Assembly: GCF_039654945.1 (NCBI RefSeq)
Contig: NW_027361770.1
Coordinates: 24,676,001-24,740,000, forward strand
Length of the DNA: 64,000 nt
Origin: Dendrobates tinctorius
Lineage: Eukaryota
Direction: 5' to 3'
The position numbers were made by a program, and so were the translations under genes. This document shows, one piece after another, positions 1 through 13,274 of this stretch. Numbering within the stretch: position 1 is the first letter of the stretch; every line of letters starts with the position of its first letter. The notes below the pieces were generated by a model. It made no database searches, was not told where the DNA came from, and was given only the letters and a program-made list of their open reading frames with translations.

Positions 1-1151
1 ATTAGTGTGAATGATACTGTATGTTAAATACTTTTTAATTTTGGCATAAATATTCTAAAATGAATACTTTATGTTTTTGATTACATTTTTAGAATTGTGC
101 ACATCATTTTCATTCTAATGTGTATCATGATATTTACTTGCTGAAAAATGCAATGAAGCTTACTAGTCTACATGCTCTTACTCATAAGGTAGGTGAAGAT
201 GATGTGCGCTTAGTCTTTTCTTTGGTGTAATTTGACTATGTACCACAAGGTTGCAAGACATTGTGTGTTCCTCCTAGATATGACAGCATGAAGCAGGCAT
301 ATTTATATAAAATAAATTAAAGTTAGGAAGAGACAGTTAAAATCCTTCTGAAAGAATTTTGTCCATATCACATCTCCCAAAGCAAGTGTAACTTTTATGA
401 TTGACACAACAATGCTGAAGCAGACACCGTACATTCCTGGATAACATTTCTGCAGAAGTCTTTTCACGGAGATGACTTGTCACTGCATCCTTTCACCAAA
501 GACTTATATCCACAAACAAGCTTTTCTTGAACATCAAGAAGCCTCATATCTCTGCCTTTTCCCATATTTTCTTGAGCAAACATAATTACTGAAGCACTTC
601 AAAGAAAATCCCACTCTCCACTTGACTTTAAAATAATCCCATGTTCCCCTTGGAGCATTCTGGGTATGTGACAAAGAGCAGAATCTTGTCCTGTTGTCTG
701 TCTTTTTGTAGTTGTTATTTTTTTAGAACAGTGGCATCTTCAAATGCATCTGTCGGGCTGGTTAGAACATTGCGTGACTTGTACTTACTTACACATTAGC
801 ACAAAATTATGTACCAACAAAATCCTTAATTTTTAATAATTTGCTTGATATGTTATTGACAGCTTCATTAAGATGAAAGGCTGTTAGCACCTCCATGTGG
901 TGCTTAAGTCTGAAATAATGAAGTTGCAATAAATTTTAATAAGAGAAAAAAAAATCTTGTGATTTTTACAGTTTATTTGTCTCTGTGCTACTTTTATTAT
1001 CTTGACATAATAAAAATATTATTGTGAGGTATATTTTTTACATTTTTGCCACTGTAAGCATGGAAATGCAAACGTAACTGGAGATGAATAAACATCTAAA
1101 GATAAATGCAAATAATTTCATTTAAATATATATATAGTATTGTCATAGATA

Positions 1152-1707
1152 CAGTGGGGAAAAAAAGTATTTGATACACTGCAGATTTTGCAAGTTTTCC
1201 CACCTACAAAGAGTGGAGAGGTCTGTAATTTTTATTGTAGGTACAATTCAACTGTGAAAGTCAGAATCTAAAAATAAAAAACAGGCAATCACATTGTATT
1301 ATTTTTAAATGATCAAATTGCATAAAATAAGTATTTGATCACCTACCAACCAGCAAGAATTTTTACTCTCACAGACCTGTTAGTTTTTCTTTAAGAAGCC
1401 CTCCTATTCTGCCCTCATTACCTGTATTAATTTCACCTGCTTGAACTTGTTACCTGTACAAAAGACACCTGTCCACACACTCTGTCAGTCACACAACATG
1501 ATCTCAACCATGGCCAAACACCAAAAAGCTGTCTAAAGACACCAGGGAAAAAATTGTAGAACTGTACAAAGCTGGGATGAGCTACAGGACAATAGGCAAG
1601 CAGCTGAGTGAGAAGGCAACAACTGTTGGCACAATTATATTTAGAAAATGGAAAAAAACACATATTGACTGTCAATCTTTCCTGGGCTGGTGCTCCATGC
1701 AAGATCT
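1152..1707 (+). mobile_element. Tc1-like transposon, degenerate 5' fragment
   Basis: TA|CAGTGGGGAAAAAAAGTATTT terminus, similar to the Tc1 at 22915-24519. Decayed transposase N-terminus (ORF 1577..1783 [23 protein letters not shown]). Confidence 0.75.
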
Positions 1708-1709
1708 TC

Positions 1710-2030
1710 TACTCCTGCACTTATTAGAAGAACTTCACCTTCATATTAATCATTGCTGGATTCTTTTGGCAGTGCAGGGGTAAATCTGCTCAGTTGAGAG
1801 TTTCTGGAAGCTTTCCTGCATTAAAGCTCAGCTGTTCACTGTTAGCTACTTCCATCTCCTTTGTAACCTGGGCCCTGGCTATTATTCATTGTCAGAGTAG
1901 CTAACCCATGGTCCTGAGACACCAGGCAGCAGACTCGTGACATTGGCTATGACTGAAACCATTTTTTGATGCATTATGGACCCTATCACTGATCTGTCAG
2001 GGCAACTGCAGCAGCTCAGCCTGGAGTCTT
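1710..2030 (+). mobile_element. Possible Gypsy LTR remnant followed by gag start
   Basis: Segment ends ...GTGACA, followed shortly by an ATG reading MDPITDLSGQLQQLSLE, reminiscent of gag N-termini. No TSD seen. Confidence 0.3.
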
Positions 2031-2299
2031 TTGGTTATGACTGCACTTTCTTGGAGGAAAGCACTCTCAGTAGAGCACATGCCTCTCACAGGGTAAATTC
2101 ACAAGATGGTATAGCCTATGTAGTGAGGCGGGGATGGGAACTCTAGGACAGAAGGATGGTACTGCCTGAGACGCATATGCTCTACTGAGAACGCTTTCCT
2201 CCATGAAAGCACTGTCATAACCAAAAGATTATTTTCCCGAGGCTATAATGGCTTAAGTGTTAAATATGCATTTAGAAAAGTTTCTTGTAAGTTCATATC

Positions 2300-3250
2300 C
2301 AATTTATTATATAAAGTGAAGAGTCCGATGACATTACCCATTCTCCCATTACCTTCTCAATTGCATTTTGTCCAAAAAGAATAGTCTTAAAATACTTAAC
2401 TATCATGAACAAAGATACTACTCTACGCAACATTCTAGACAATCGGTGCAGGGTTGTTGCCAAAAAAGGTCTCACATTGAGTAACATGTTATCTCCAAAC
2501 ATGCTAAAAACTAACCCCCCTCCATCTACTCGGGCTTGTGGTGAAAGGTTTTCATAAATGTGCAGGCTACAGATGCAATATATGTCAGTTCGCTTTGGAT
2601 AAAACACGTACCCTTGTAATTTTTCCAAACATCCCACATACCGTCACTTCTTTCATCAACTGTGACTCCACCTACATTGTGTACTGTATTATGTGTGTTA
2701 CATGCAAACTGCACTATTCAGGTTGTACCACCAGAAAAAATAAAAAAAGAATTGTGGAACACATAGCTAATATTAGTAATAAAAATAGCTCCTATTCAGG
2801 CGCATGCAATCATTTTGTCACGGTACACATGTATGACCTCACACATGTTGGGTTTTTTGGTCTAGAGAAGGTGCCATTTCCAAAGCAGGGTGGTAACTGG
2901 CAAAGAGAACTTGCTTTTAGGGAAGCATAGTGGATTTTACATTTAAATACCAAATTCCTCAATGGGATTAATTTCAAGAATGACCTAAGTAACATCTATT
3001 AACTGCTTGTGTTCACTTCCATGTTGTCATTAGCATGCCCATTTGCATGCCTTTAAATGTGGTTAATCTTGATTGGTGATTGGTTCATTTTTTTATATGT
3101 ACATTTTTATTTCCTCTCTGACTTACTATGAGTAAGGGCGCTTCTGTTGCCCCAGAAATGATTCAGGTTTCTTTTAACTTCTTTTAAACATGAATTTAAA
3201 AATCTCACAATTTTACCAGGATGGGTGTGCCGTATTGAATCCTCCCTTTT
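2300..3250 (+). mobile_element. Penelope-like element 3' relic (GIY-YIG endonuclease)
   Basis: ORF 2538..2930 with C..C..C, INCDSTYIVYCIMCVTCKLHYSGCTTR..KKRIVEH, LAFREA; continues past a stop as WILHLNT..NGIN, typical of PLE GIY-YIG C-termini. Confidence 0.8.
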
Positions 3251-3459
3251 TCCTCAAAGTCTTGTAGTGTAGATAATGGTGCTGAAGCTCAACCATTTTA
3301 CTAAGAGCCCTTGTAAGGGCTAATCCTTTACTTTGCTATTTGCATCACATACATTCTGCATTTAGGGAGGGAGAGAGAGTTGCAGGAGGAGGGAGAGTGG
3401 CTAAATAGAGTCTGTAGGAAGGGATTAGAGCTTTGCAGTCCAATAGTAAATATATAGCT

Positions 3460-5530
3460 GAGGCAGTTGCTTTTTTTAGTGTGAAAAAATTAAATATATT
3501 GTGATCCATCCGTGCTTTGTGGTACATTTTGGTGTTATATAACTCTCCCAAAAAGTGTTGAAAATTTTTTTATATTATTAAATAAGTCACCATTAGAGTA
3601 TTCTGTGCTCTGGGGTACATTTTTGTTAAATATAGAACTCCAAAAAAGAGTTAAAATGTTGCTGTGATATATAACACTCCAAAAAAGCATTAACATTTTC
3701 TGCTGGCTTAATTTACTCATTCATACAGTATTCCATGCTCTGGTGTACATTTATGTGATAAATAACACTCCAAAAAAGCGTTACTTTTTTGTTGTAGTCA
3801 CTTACTCATCCATAGAATACTACGTGCTGTTGGTTAGATTTCTGTGATACATAACACTCCAAAAAAGCATTAATTTTTTTTCTGTATTCAATTAATCATC
3901 CACACAGTGTAAGATGCTTAGTAGGCAACACAAAGATGTCAGAATTATGCAAGACTCCTGAGTGAGTGACTGAAAGAATATTGCAGCCACAGGAAGCTGG
4001 TGCAAAAACCAGAGATGACAGGAGCCCTTGGTCCAGATACATTCGCTTTCCTGGAACTACAAGTTGAGAAACCCAGGCTGCAGCCTTCACTGGGGTTCTT
4101 GCAGATTGCGGACAGGGGAGCCAGGAACTGGTGAGCGGGCTGCAGGGCTTAGGCTGGGCAGAAGAGACAAGGAGGTGAGCCAGGACTAGGTGTAGAGAAA
4201 TGCTATCAGGTGAACTAGCTGCAAGGTACCCGACAGTTGGCAGCGTAGAAGGGGGTTTATTGAAGAGTTTGGTACCAATCATCACATTTTGTTCATCCAT
4301 CAGGCAGTGGAGGCTGAACACTTGCCTTGAAGGCTGCAAGAGCTCACAGCTGGAATCAGGGACACAGTCCTCAAAATGGAGGGGCAACATCTCTGGTATG
4401 CGGTGTGTGAGATCTCAGAAAGAAGGGAGCAGGATAAACACTTCTTGAGGACTGAATATGCCTGGGAGAGGCTCCTCGATGCCACATGAGATGGGGGTAC
4501 TGCCACCCCCAAGAGATCGTAATGTCTTAGGGATTCCCCACCTCCTTTGCAGGAGTAGGAGATGGTACAGGTAAAACAGGGAGCTGTCATTAATTTCTAA
4601 ATGATGGGGGCTCTGACACTGCCAGAAGCTGGGTCACATATAGCCCAGAAACCTTGGAATCGGGCTCCAGGAAACAGGTGTAGGTAGTCTCCTCAGCCTT
4701 TCGAGGAAGGACAAGAAGAAGAGGATGCCAGGTTTACCATATTACTTTTATTTTAATTTTTTTTCCTAGCTTTGTACTTTGTGTAAAGTTTTTATGAATG
4801 TAGCAGTACAGCAACTACAGTTTAACAAAAATTTGAATGAGGCCTACCAGTTGTTGCCTTTCAGGGGTATATGGATGACCATCCTTATAATTTTGTTCTT
4901 GATTTGTACTTTCTGCAAAGCCTTTGTAAGTGTAGTAGTAATGCAACTACACTTTAAAAATATTTAAATGAGGCCCGACAGTTGTTGCCTTTCAGGGGAT
5001 TACCATCCTTATAATTTTTTGTTAGCTTTTCATTCTCTGTAAAGCCTTCATGAGTGTAGAAGTACATCAACTACACTTTCAAAATATTTAAGTTAAATAG
5101 ATTTTTATGGATCTTCAAAAAAATTGTTCAAAAATATTTTGGTATTTTATTGCTCCTCCATAGAGTATTGCATATTCTGGGGTACATTTGGTGGTTCATA
5201 ACCCTCAAAAAAGTGTTGAAAAATATTCAGTAATATATTGCTCATCCATAAAGTATTACATGCTCTGGGGTACATTTTACTGGTATATAACCCTTCGAAA
5301 AATTATTCAAACATTTTTATTGATTCAGTTAGTCATCTGTAGAATAATAGGTATTTTCTGTAACATTTCTATGATATATTACACTCCAAAAAATCATTGA
5401 GAAATTTTTCTGTATTCAGTTAATCATTCATAGAATATTATGGCCTCTGTGGTATGCAACTCTCTTAAAAGGCATTGAAACTTTTATTTGGATTCAATTG
5501 CTCATTTATTGAGTATTACGTTGCCTTCTG
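3460..5530. mobile_element. Old repeat block paralogous to 14740-15560, probably part of a hAT relic
   Basis: 3850-4160 aligns by eye with 14741-15080 (e.g. CCCAGGCTGCAGCCTTCAC, GAATCGGGCTCCAGG vs GAATTGGGCTCCAGG). The second block runs toward a hAT transposase fragment at 16358. Confidence 0.45.
3480..3900 (+). repeat. Degenerate ~80-90 bp tandem repeat (ATAACACTCCAAAAAAG motif)
   Basis: Motif recurs at about 3540, 3635, 3675, 3765 and 3855, and again in 5190-5470 and near 14745. Confidence 0.65.
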
Positions 5531-6468
5531 CTACATTTCTTTGATAAACAAATTCAGCAGACAGAAGGGTATCATTATTCATATAGAAAATGACATATCA
5601 GACATATAAAATCATATATTGATACCCCAAATGATGGACAAATATATGGACTGATCGCAATATAACATGAAAACCACAACCACAAGAAAAGAAATGATCA
5701 TCAAGTCCAAAGTACTCCAAATATATCAATTTTTATTTAATTAACCCCTTCACGACCTTTGACGCCACGTAGGCGTCATGAAAAGTCGTGTCAGAACGAC
5801 CCATGACGCCTATGTGGCGTCATGACTTTAAAGCCCCCCTGCGGGTCGGGTGACCTAGGTCACTGAAAGGTCACCCGACCCGCAGATACAGGGGGCTTTG
5901 TTCTTCGCCACAGGGGGCGTGGCTTCGCCCCCACGTGGCTACGATCGCTCTGATTGGCTGTTATAAGTGAAACAGCCAATCAGAGCGATAGTAATATTTC
6001 ATCAATTAAAATTGATGAAATATTACAATCCAGCCATGGCCGATGCTGCTGTAGCATCGGACATGGCTGGAGACACCGATTCCACCCTCCCCACCGGCGA
6101 TCGCCCCCCCGCAACTGAATGACAGCGGCGATCTGCCGCCGCTGTCATCATCTGCCCCCCTCCCATTCCCTCTGCTCCCCGCCAGCCTCCGATCCCCCCC
6201 TCACCCCCTCTCACCTCCCCCGGCACCTTCTAAGTCCCCCTGTCGCTCCCGGTGTCCGGCGGGTCCGGTTCATGGGCGCCGCCATCTTAGAAAATGGCGG
6301 GCGCATGCGCAGTGCGCCCGCCCGAATCTGCCGGCTGCAGATTCCATTCTTTCATTTTGATCACTCTCACAGTGATCAAAATGAAAGAAAAAGTAAATAA
6401 ACCCCCCGATTATCACCCCCATAGGTAGGCAGAACTAATAAAATAAAGAAAATATTTTTATTTTTCCA

Positions 6469-6860
6469 TTAGGGTTAGGGTTAGGGTTGAAAAGAGGGTT
6501 AGGGTTAGGGTTGAAAAGAGGGTTAGGGTTAGGGTTGAAAAGAGGGTTAGGGTTAGGGTTGGAAAGAGGGATAGGGTTAGGGTTGGAAAGAGGGTTAGGG
6601 TTAGGGTTGGAAAGAGGGCTAGGGTTGGAAAGAGGGTTAGGGTTGGAAAGAGGGTTAGGGTTGGAAAGAGGGTTAGGGTTAGGATTGGAAAGAGGGTTAG
6701 GGTTGGACTTAGGGTTAGGGTTGGAATTAGGGTTAGAATTAGGGTTAGGGTTGGAATTAGGGTTAGCGTTGGAATTAGGGTTAGGCTTGTGGTTAGGGAT
6801 GTGTTAGGGTTAGGGCTGTGGTTAGGGGTGTGTTGGGGTTAGGGTTGGAGTTAGAATTGA
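6469..6860 (+). repeat. Telomere-like (TTAGGG)n tract with GGGTTGGAAAGA / GGGTTGGAATTA variants
   Basis: Directly visible, inside the TTAA element. Confidence 0.95.
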
Positions 6861-6861
6861 G

Positions 6862-9800
6862 GGGTTTCCACTGTTTAGGCACATCAGGGGGTCGCCAAAC
6901 GCGACATGGTGCAACCATTGATTCCAGCCAATTTTGCGTTCAAAAAGTCAAACGGTGCTCCCTCCCTTCCAAGCCCTGACGTGTGCCCAAACACTGGTTT
7001 ACCCCAACATTTGAGGTATCAGCGTACTCAGGAAAAATTGCACAACAACTTTTGGGGACTAATTTCTCGTGTTACCCTTGGGAAAATAAAAAATTGGGGC
7101 TAAAAAATTATTTTTGTGGAAAAAAATGATTTTTTCATTTTCACGTCTCTGCATTATAAACTTCTGTGAAGCACTTGGGGGGTTCAAAGTGCTCACAACA
7201 CATCTTACATACGTTCCTTGGAAGGTCTAGTTTCCAAAATGGGGTCACTTGTGGGGGGTTTCCACTGTTTAGGCACATCAGGGGCTCTGCAAACGTAATG
7301 ACGACCGCAGACTATTCCATCAAAGTCTGCATTTCAAAACGTCACTACTTCCATTCCGAGCCTTGACGTGTGCCCAAACAATGGTTCCTCCCCACATATG
7401 GGGTACCAGCGTACTCAGGACAAACTGGACAACAACTTTTGGGGTCCAATTTCTCCTGTTACCCTTGTGAAAATAAAAAATTGCGGGCTAAAAAATCATT
7501 TTTTGAGAAAAAAAAAGATTTTTTATTTTCACGGTTCTGCGTTATATACTTCTGTGAAGCACTTGGGGGTTCAAAGTGCTGCTCACCACACATCTAGATA
7601 AGTTCCTTGGTGGTCTAGTTTCCAAAATGGGGTCACTTGTGGGGGTTTCCACTGTTTAGGCACATCAGAGGCTCTGCAAACGTAACATGATGCCCGCAGA
7701 CCATTCGATCAAGTCGGTATTTCAAAACGTCACTACTTCCCTTCCGAGCCCCGACGTGTGCCCAAACAATGGTCCCTCCCCACATATGGGGTATCAGCAT
7801 ACTCAGGACAAACTGGACAACAACTTTTGGGGTCCAATTTCTCCTGTTACCCTTGTGAAAATAAAAAATTGCGAGCTAAAAATTCATTTTTTGAGGAAAA
7901 AAAAAGATTTTTTATTTTCATGGCTCTGCGTTACAATCTTCTGTGAAGCACTTCGGGGTTCAAGGTGCTCACCACACATCTAGATAAGTTCCTTGGGGGG
8001 TCTAGTTTCCAAAATGGGGTCACTTGTTGGGGGTTTCCACAGTTTAGGTACATCAAGGGCTCTGCAAATGTAACATGATGCCCGCAGACCATTCCATCAA
8101 AGTCTGCATACCAAAACGTCACTACTTCCCTTCCGAGCCCTGACGTGTGCCCATACAGTGGTCATCCCCCACATATGGGGTATCAGCGTACTCAGGACAA
8201 ACTGGACAACAACTTTTGGGGTCCAATTTCTCCTGTTACCCTTGTGAAAAAAAAATTGCGTGCTAAAATTCATTTTTTTTGAGGGAAAAAAAATGATTTT
8301 TTATTTTCACGGCTCTGCATTATAAACTTCTGTGAAGCACTTGGGGGTTCAAGGTGCTCACCACACATCTAGATAAGTTCCTTGGGGGGTCTAGTTTCCA
8401 AAATGGGGTCACTTGTGGGGGGTTTCTACTGTTTAGGCACACAGGGGCTCAGCAAATGTAACATGACGCCCGCAGACCATTCCATCAAAGTCAGCATTTC
8501 AAAATGTCACTACTTCCCTGCTGAGCCCCAGCGTGTGCCCAAACAGTGGTTCCCCCCCAGATATGGGGTACGAGCGTACTCAGGACAAACTGGACAACAA
8601 CTTTTGGGGTCCAATTTATCCTAGTACTCTTGTGAAAATAAAAAATTGCCAACTAAAAAATTTTTTTTTAGGAAAAAAAAAGATTTTTTATTTTCACTGC
8701 TCTGCATTATAAACTTCTGTGAATCACCTGGGGGTTCAAAGTGCTCACTATGCATCTAGATAAGTTCCTTAGGGGGTCTAGTTTCCAAAATGGGGTCATT
8801 TGTGGGGGAGCTCCAAAGTTAAGGCACACAGGGGCTCTCCAAACACGACATGGTGTCTGCTAACGATTGGAGCCAATTTTCATTTCAAAAAGTCAAATGG
8901 CGCTCATTCCCTTCTGCGCCCTGCCGTGCACCCAAACAGTGCCCCCCCCCACATATGGGGTACCAGCATACTCAGGACAAACTGGACAACAACTTTTGTG
9001 GTCCAATTTCTCCTGTTACCCTTGTGAAAATAAAAAATAGCGTGCTAAAAAATCATTTTTGAGGAAAAAAAATGATTTTTTATTTTCACTGCTCTATGTT
9101 ATAAACTTTTGTGAAGCACTTGGGGGTTCAAAGTGATCACTACACATCTAGATAAGTTCCTTAAGGGGTCGAGTTTCCAAAATGGTGTCACTTGTGGAGG
9201 AGCTCCAATGTTTAGGCACACAGGGGATCTCCAAACGCGACATGGTTTCCGATAACGATTGGAGCTAATTTTCCATTCAAAAAGTCAAATGGCGCTCCTT
9301 CCCTTCCGGGCCCTGCCGTGCACCCAAACAGTGGTTTATGACCACATATGAGGTATCGGTGTACTCAGGAGAAATTGCCCAACAAATTTTAGGATCCATT
9401 TTATCCTGTTGCCCATGTGAAAATGAAAAAACTGAGGCTAAAAGATAATTTTTGTGAAAAAAAGTACTTTTTTTTTTTACGGATCAATTTGAGAAGCACC
9501 TGGGGGTTCAAAGTGATCACTTTGCATCTAGATAAGTTCCTTGGGGGGTCTAGTTTCCAAAATGGGGTCACTTGTGGGGGAGCTCCAGTGTTTAGGCACA
9601 CAGCGACTCTCCAAACGCGACATGGCAAGCGCTAAATATTCCAGCATATTTTCCATTCAAAAAGTCAAATGGCACTCCTTCCTTTCTGAGCCCTGCCGTG
9701 CACCCAAACAGTGTTTTTTTACCACATATGAGGTATCGGTGTAGTCAGGGGAAATTGCCCAACAAATTTTAGGATCCATTTTATCCTGTTGCCCATGTGA

Positions 9801-9990
9801 AAATGAAAAAATTGATGCTGAAAGAAAATTTTTGTTGGAAAAATTAAAATGTCCTTTTTTTCCTTCCATGTTGCTTTAGTTCCTGTGAAACACCTAAAGG
9901 GTTAATAATCTTCTTGAATGTAGTTTTGAGTAGCTTGAGGGGTGCAGTTTTTAGAATGGTGTCACTTTTGGGTATTTTCTGCCATATAGA
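6862..9990 (+). repeat. Tandem array of about eight ~388 bp units
   Basis: Anchor TTTCCAAAATGG at 7231, 7619, 8006, 8395, 8782, 9174 and 9554, with a degenerate copy near 9948. Confidence 0.92.
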
Positions 9991-10824
9991 CCCCTCAAAG
10001 TGACTTCAAATGTGAGGTGGTCCCTAAAAAAAATGGTTTTGTAAATTTTGTTGTAAAAATGAGAAATCACTGGTCAACTTTTAACCCTTATAACTTACTA
10101 ATAAAAAAATATTTTGCTTCCAAAATTGTGCTGATGTAAAGTAGACATGTGGGAAATGTTATTTAGTAACTATTTTGTGTCACATAACTCTCTAGTTTAA
10201 CAGAATAAAAATTCAAAATTTGAAAATTGCGAAATTTTCAAAATTTTCGCCAAATTTCTGATTTTTTCACAAATAAACGCAAAAATTATCGATCTAAATT
10301 TACCACTAACATGAAGCCCAATATATCACGAAAAAACAATCTCAGAATCGCTAGGATGCGTTGAAGCGTTCCAGAGTTATTACCTCATAAAGGGACACTG
10401 GTCAGAATTGCAAAAAATGGCCAGGTCATTAAGGTCAAAATAGGCTGGGTCATGAAGGGGTTAATTACAAATATAGCAGCAAGTCTAGGGTGGTACAAAC
10501 CAAAGTGCTATGTGCAGTTAAAGGAAAAACCAAACAAACGGGACACAGGTGTGCTGTCTGAATAGTACAGAAAATATATCTAGTATTGTTATATATAGGA
10601 GGTAACAAGACCCCACTAGGATTAGTATAATATGTATCCAGATTCCCTCAAGAATATTAACATAAAGATCCTATTTATAAAACCCTGGCAGCAATCATTA
10701 TAACATGATTCCATATAGTATAAACCAGAATGGAGCCATATAGCTCCCAGTACATACCAAATAACGATCACCAGGCTGCTAGGGAAGTAGTAACAAGAAG
10801 GAATGGAGACAACCACACACCAGC

Positions 10825-10870
10825 GTCACCCCAATGCGCGTTTCGGAGAGCCTTCGTCAAGGGGCATGAC
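10825..10870 (-). ncRNA. Minimal hammerhead ribozyme-like motif (Penelope-associated)
   Basis: Minus strand GUCAUGCCCC UUGACGA A GG CUCU CC GAAA CGCG CAUU GGGGUGAC: stem I, variant core, short stem II, GAAA and palindromic CGCG. Confidence 0.6.
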
Positions 10871-11661
10871 GTAAGTATATGTGCAGAGTTTAAAAAGGAA
10901 ACCAGGACCAATCGTGAGAGACCGGAAGAGACGTCAGTTACTAGGGCAAACATCACCGCGGACACTCCCACTGTCTAAACCCAGAGTGCGCCGGGAGATC
11001 TCAACACAGCGCAAACTACCGGGGAGACAGAAGGGAGTAAACCGAGGGGGGAGCCCCTAGTTAGAATGATGCCTGTAGCAAACACATAAATGGCCATGCA
11101 TACAACAATGTCGGACAGTGCCCGCATAGAGGAAGGCGGTGACAATACACCGGAAGTGATGTAAGTTGCTAAGGCAACCACCACCACGGACGCTTTCACT
11201 GTCTCAGACGAGAGTGCGCCTGGAGATCTCAAACAGCGCAACTCACTGGAGAGACAGGAGGGAGCGAACCGAAGGGGGATCTACAATTAGAATAATACCT
11301 ATATTAGCGCACATGTCATCATGCATGAATCAATGCCAGCCGATATACGCGTCAAAAGGGGCGGAATCCAAATATGCATCATGTGACCTGACATCAGCCG
11401 CCCATAGAGACGCCAAAAGCCAAGCTTGCCTGAAAAGAATAATAGTAATAGGATGCACATGCGTACAGCATATATCCTGAACATGCATCACACCCGTATT
11501 GCCCGTGATCATCAAACAAAATCATCCAGTACCACTAAATTATTATAGCAGCACCCAAAGATAATTTTAGATCATGACACCCATATTGATGCCTACTAGT
11601 CATAATATTTTAAAAGGCCAAACAATAATATCTCTCACAGGCACAAAATGATATATAGATA

Positions 11662-13274
<1,613 letters not shown>

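Larger units (their letters stand above)
5745..10460 (+). mobile_element. Non-autonomous TTAA-specific (piggyBac-like) element, copy 1
   Basis: TTAA|CCCCTTCACGACC ... GGTCATGAAGGGG|TTAA (13 bp TIR, 1 mismatch). No transposase ORF. Inverted homolog at 46704-51535. Confidence 0.85.

Noticed and set aside
3126-3167. Hammerhead-like remnant downstream of the first Penelope fragment
   Set aside because: Position fits, but the core (UAUGAGUA..AGAAAUG) is too degenerate to call.
6487-6807. ORF with GLGLERGLG repeats (also 50353-50798)
   Set aside because: Translation artefact of the telomere-like repeat.
6469-6860. True telomere or chromosome fusion scar
   Set aside because: The tract is internal to a TIR/TTAA-bounded element present twice, with no head-to-head junction.
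6906-9869. Many similar short ORFs (CPNNG..HMGYQ..QDKLDNNFWG)
   Set aside because: They arise from the 388 bp tandem units; frames break at variable A/T homopolymers and no domain is recognisable.
6862-9990. CRISPR-like array
   Set aside because: Whole units are homologous with no unique spacers; eukaryotic context, no cas genes.
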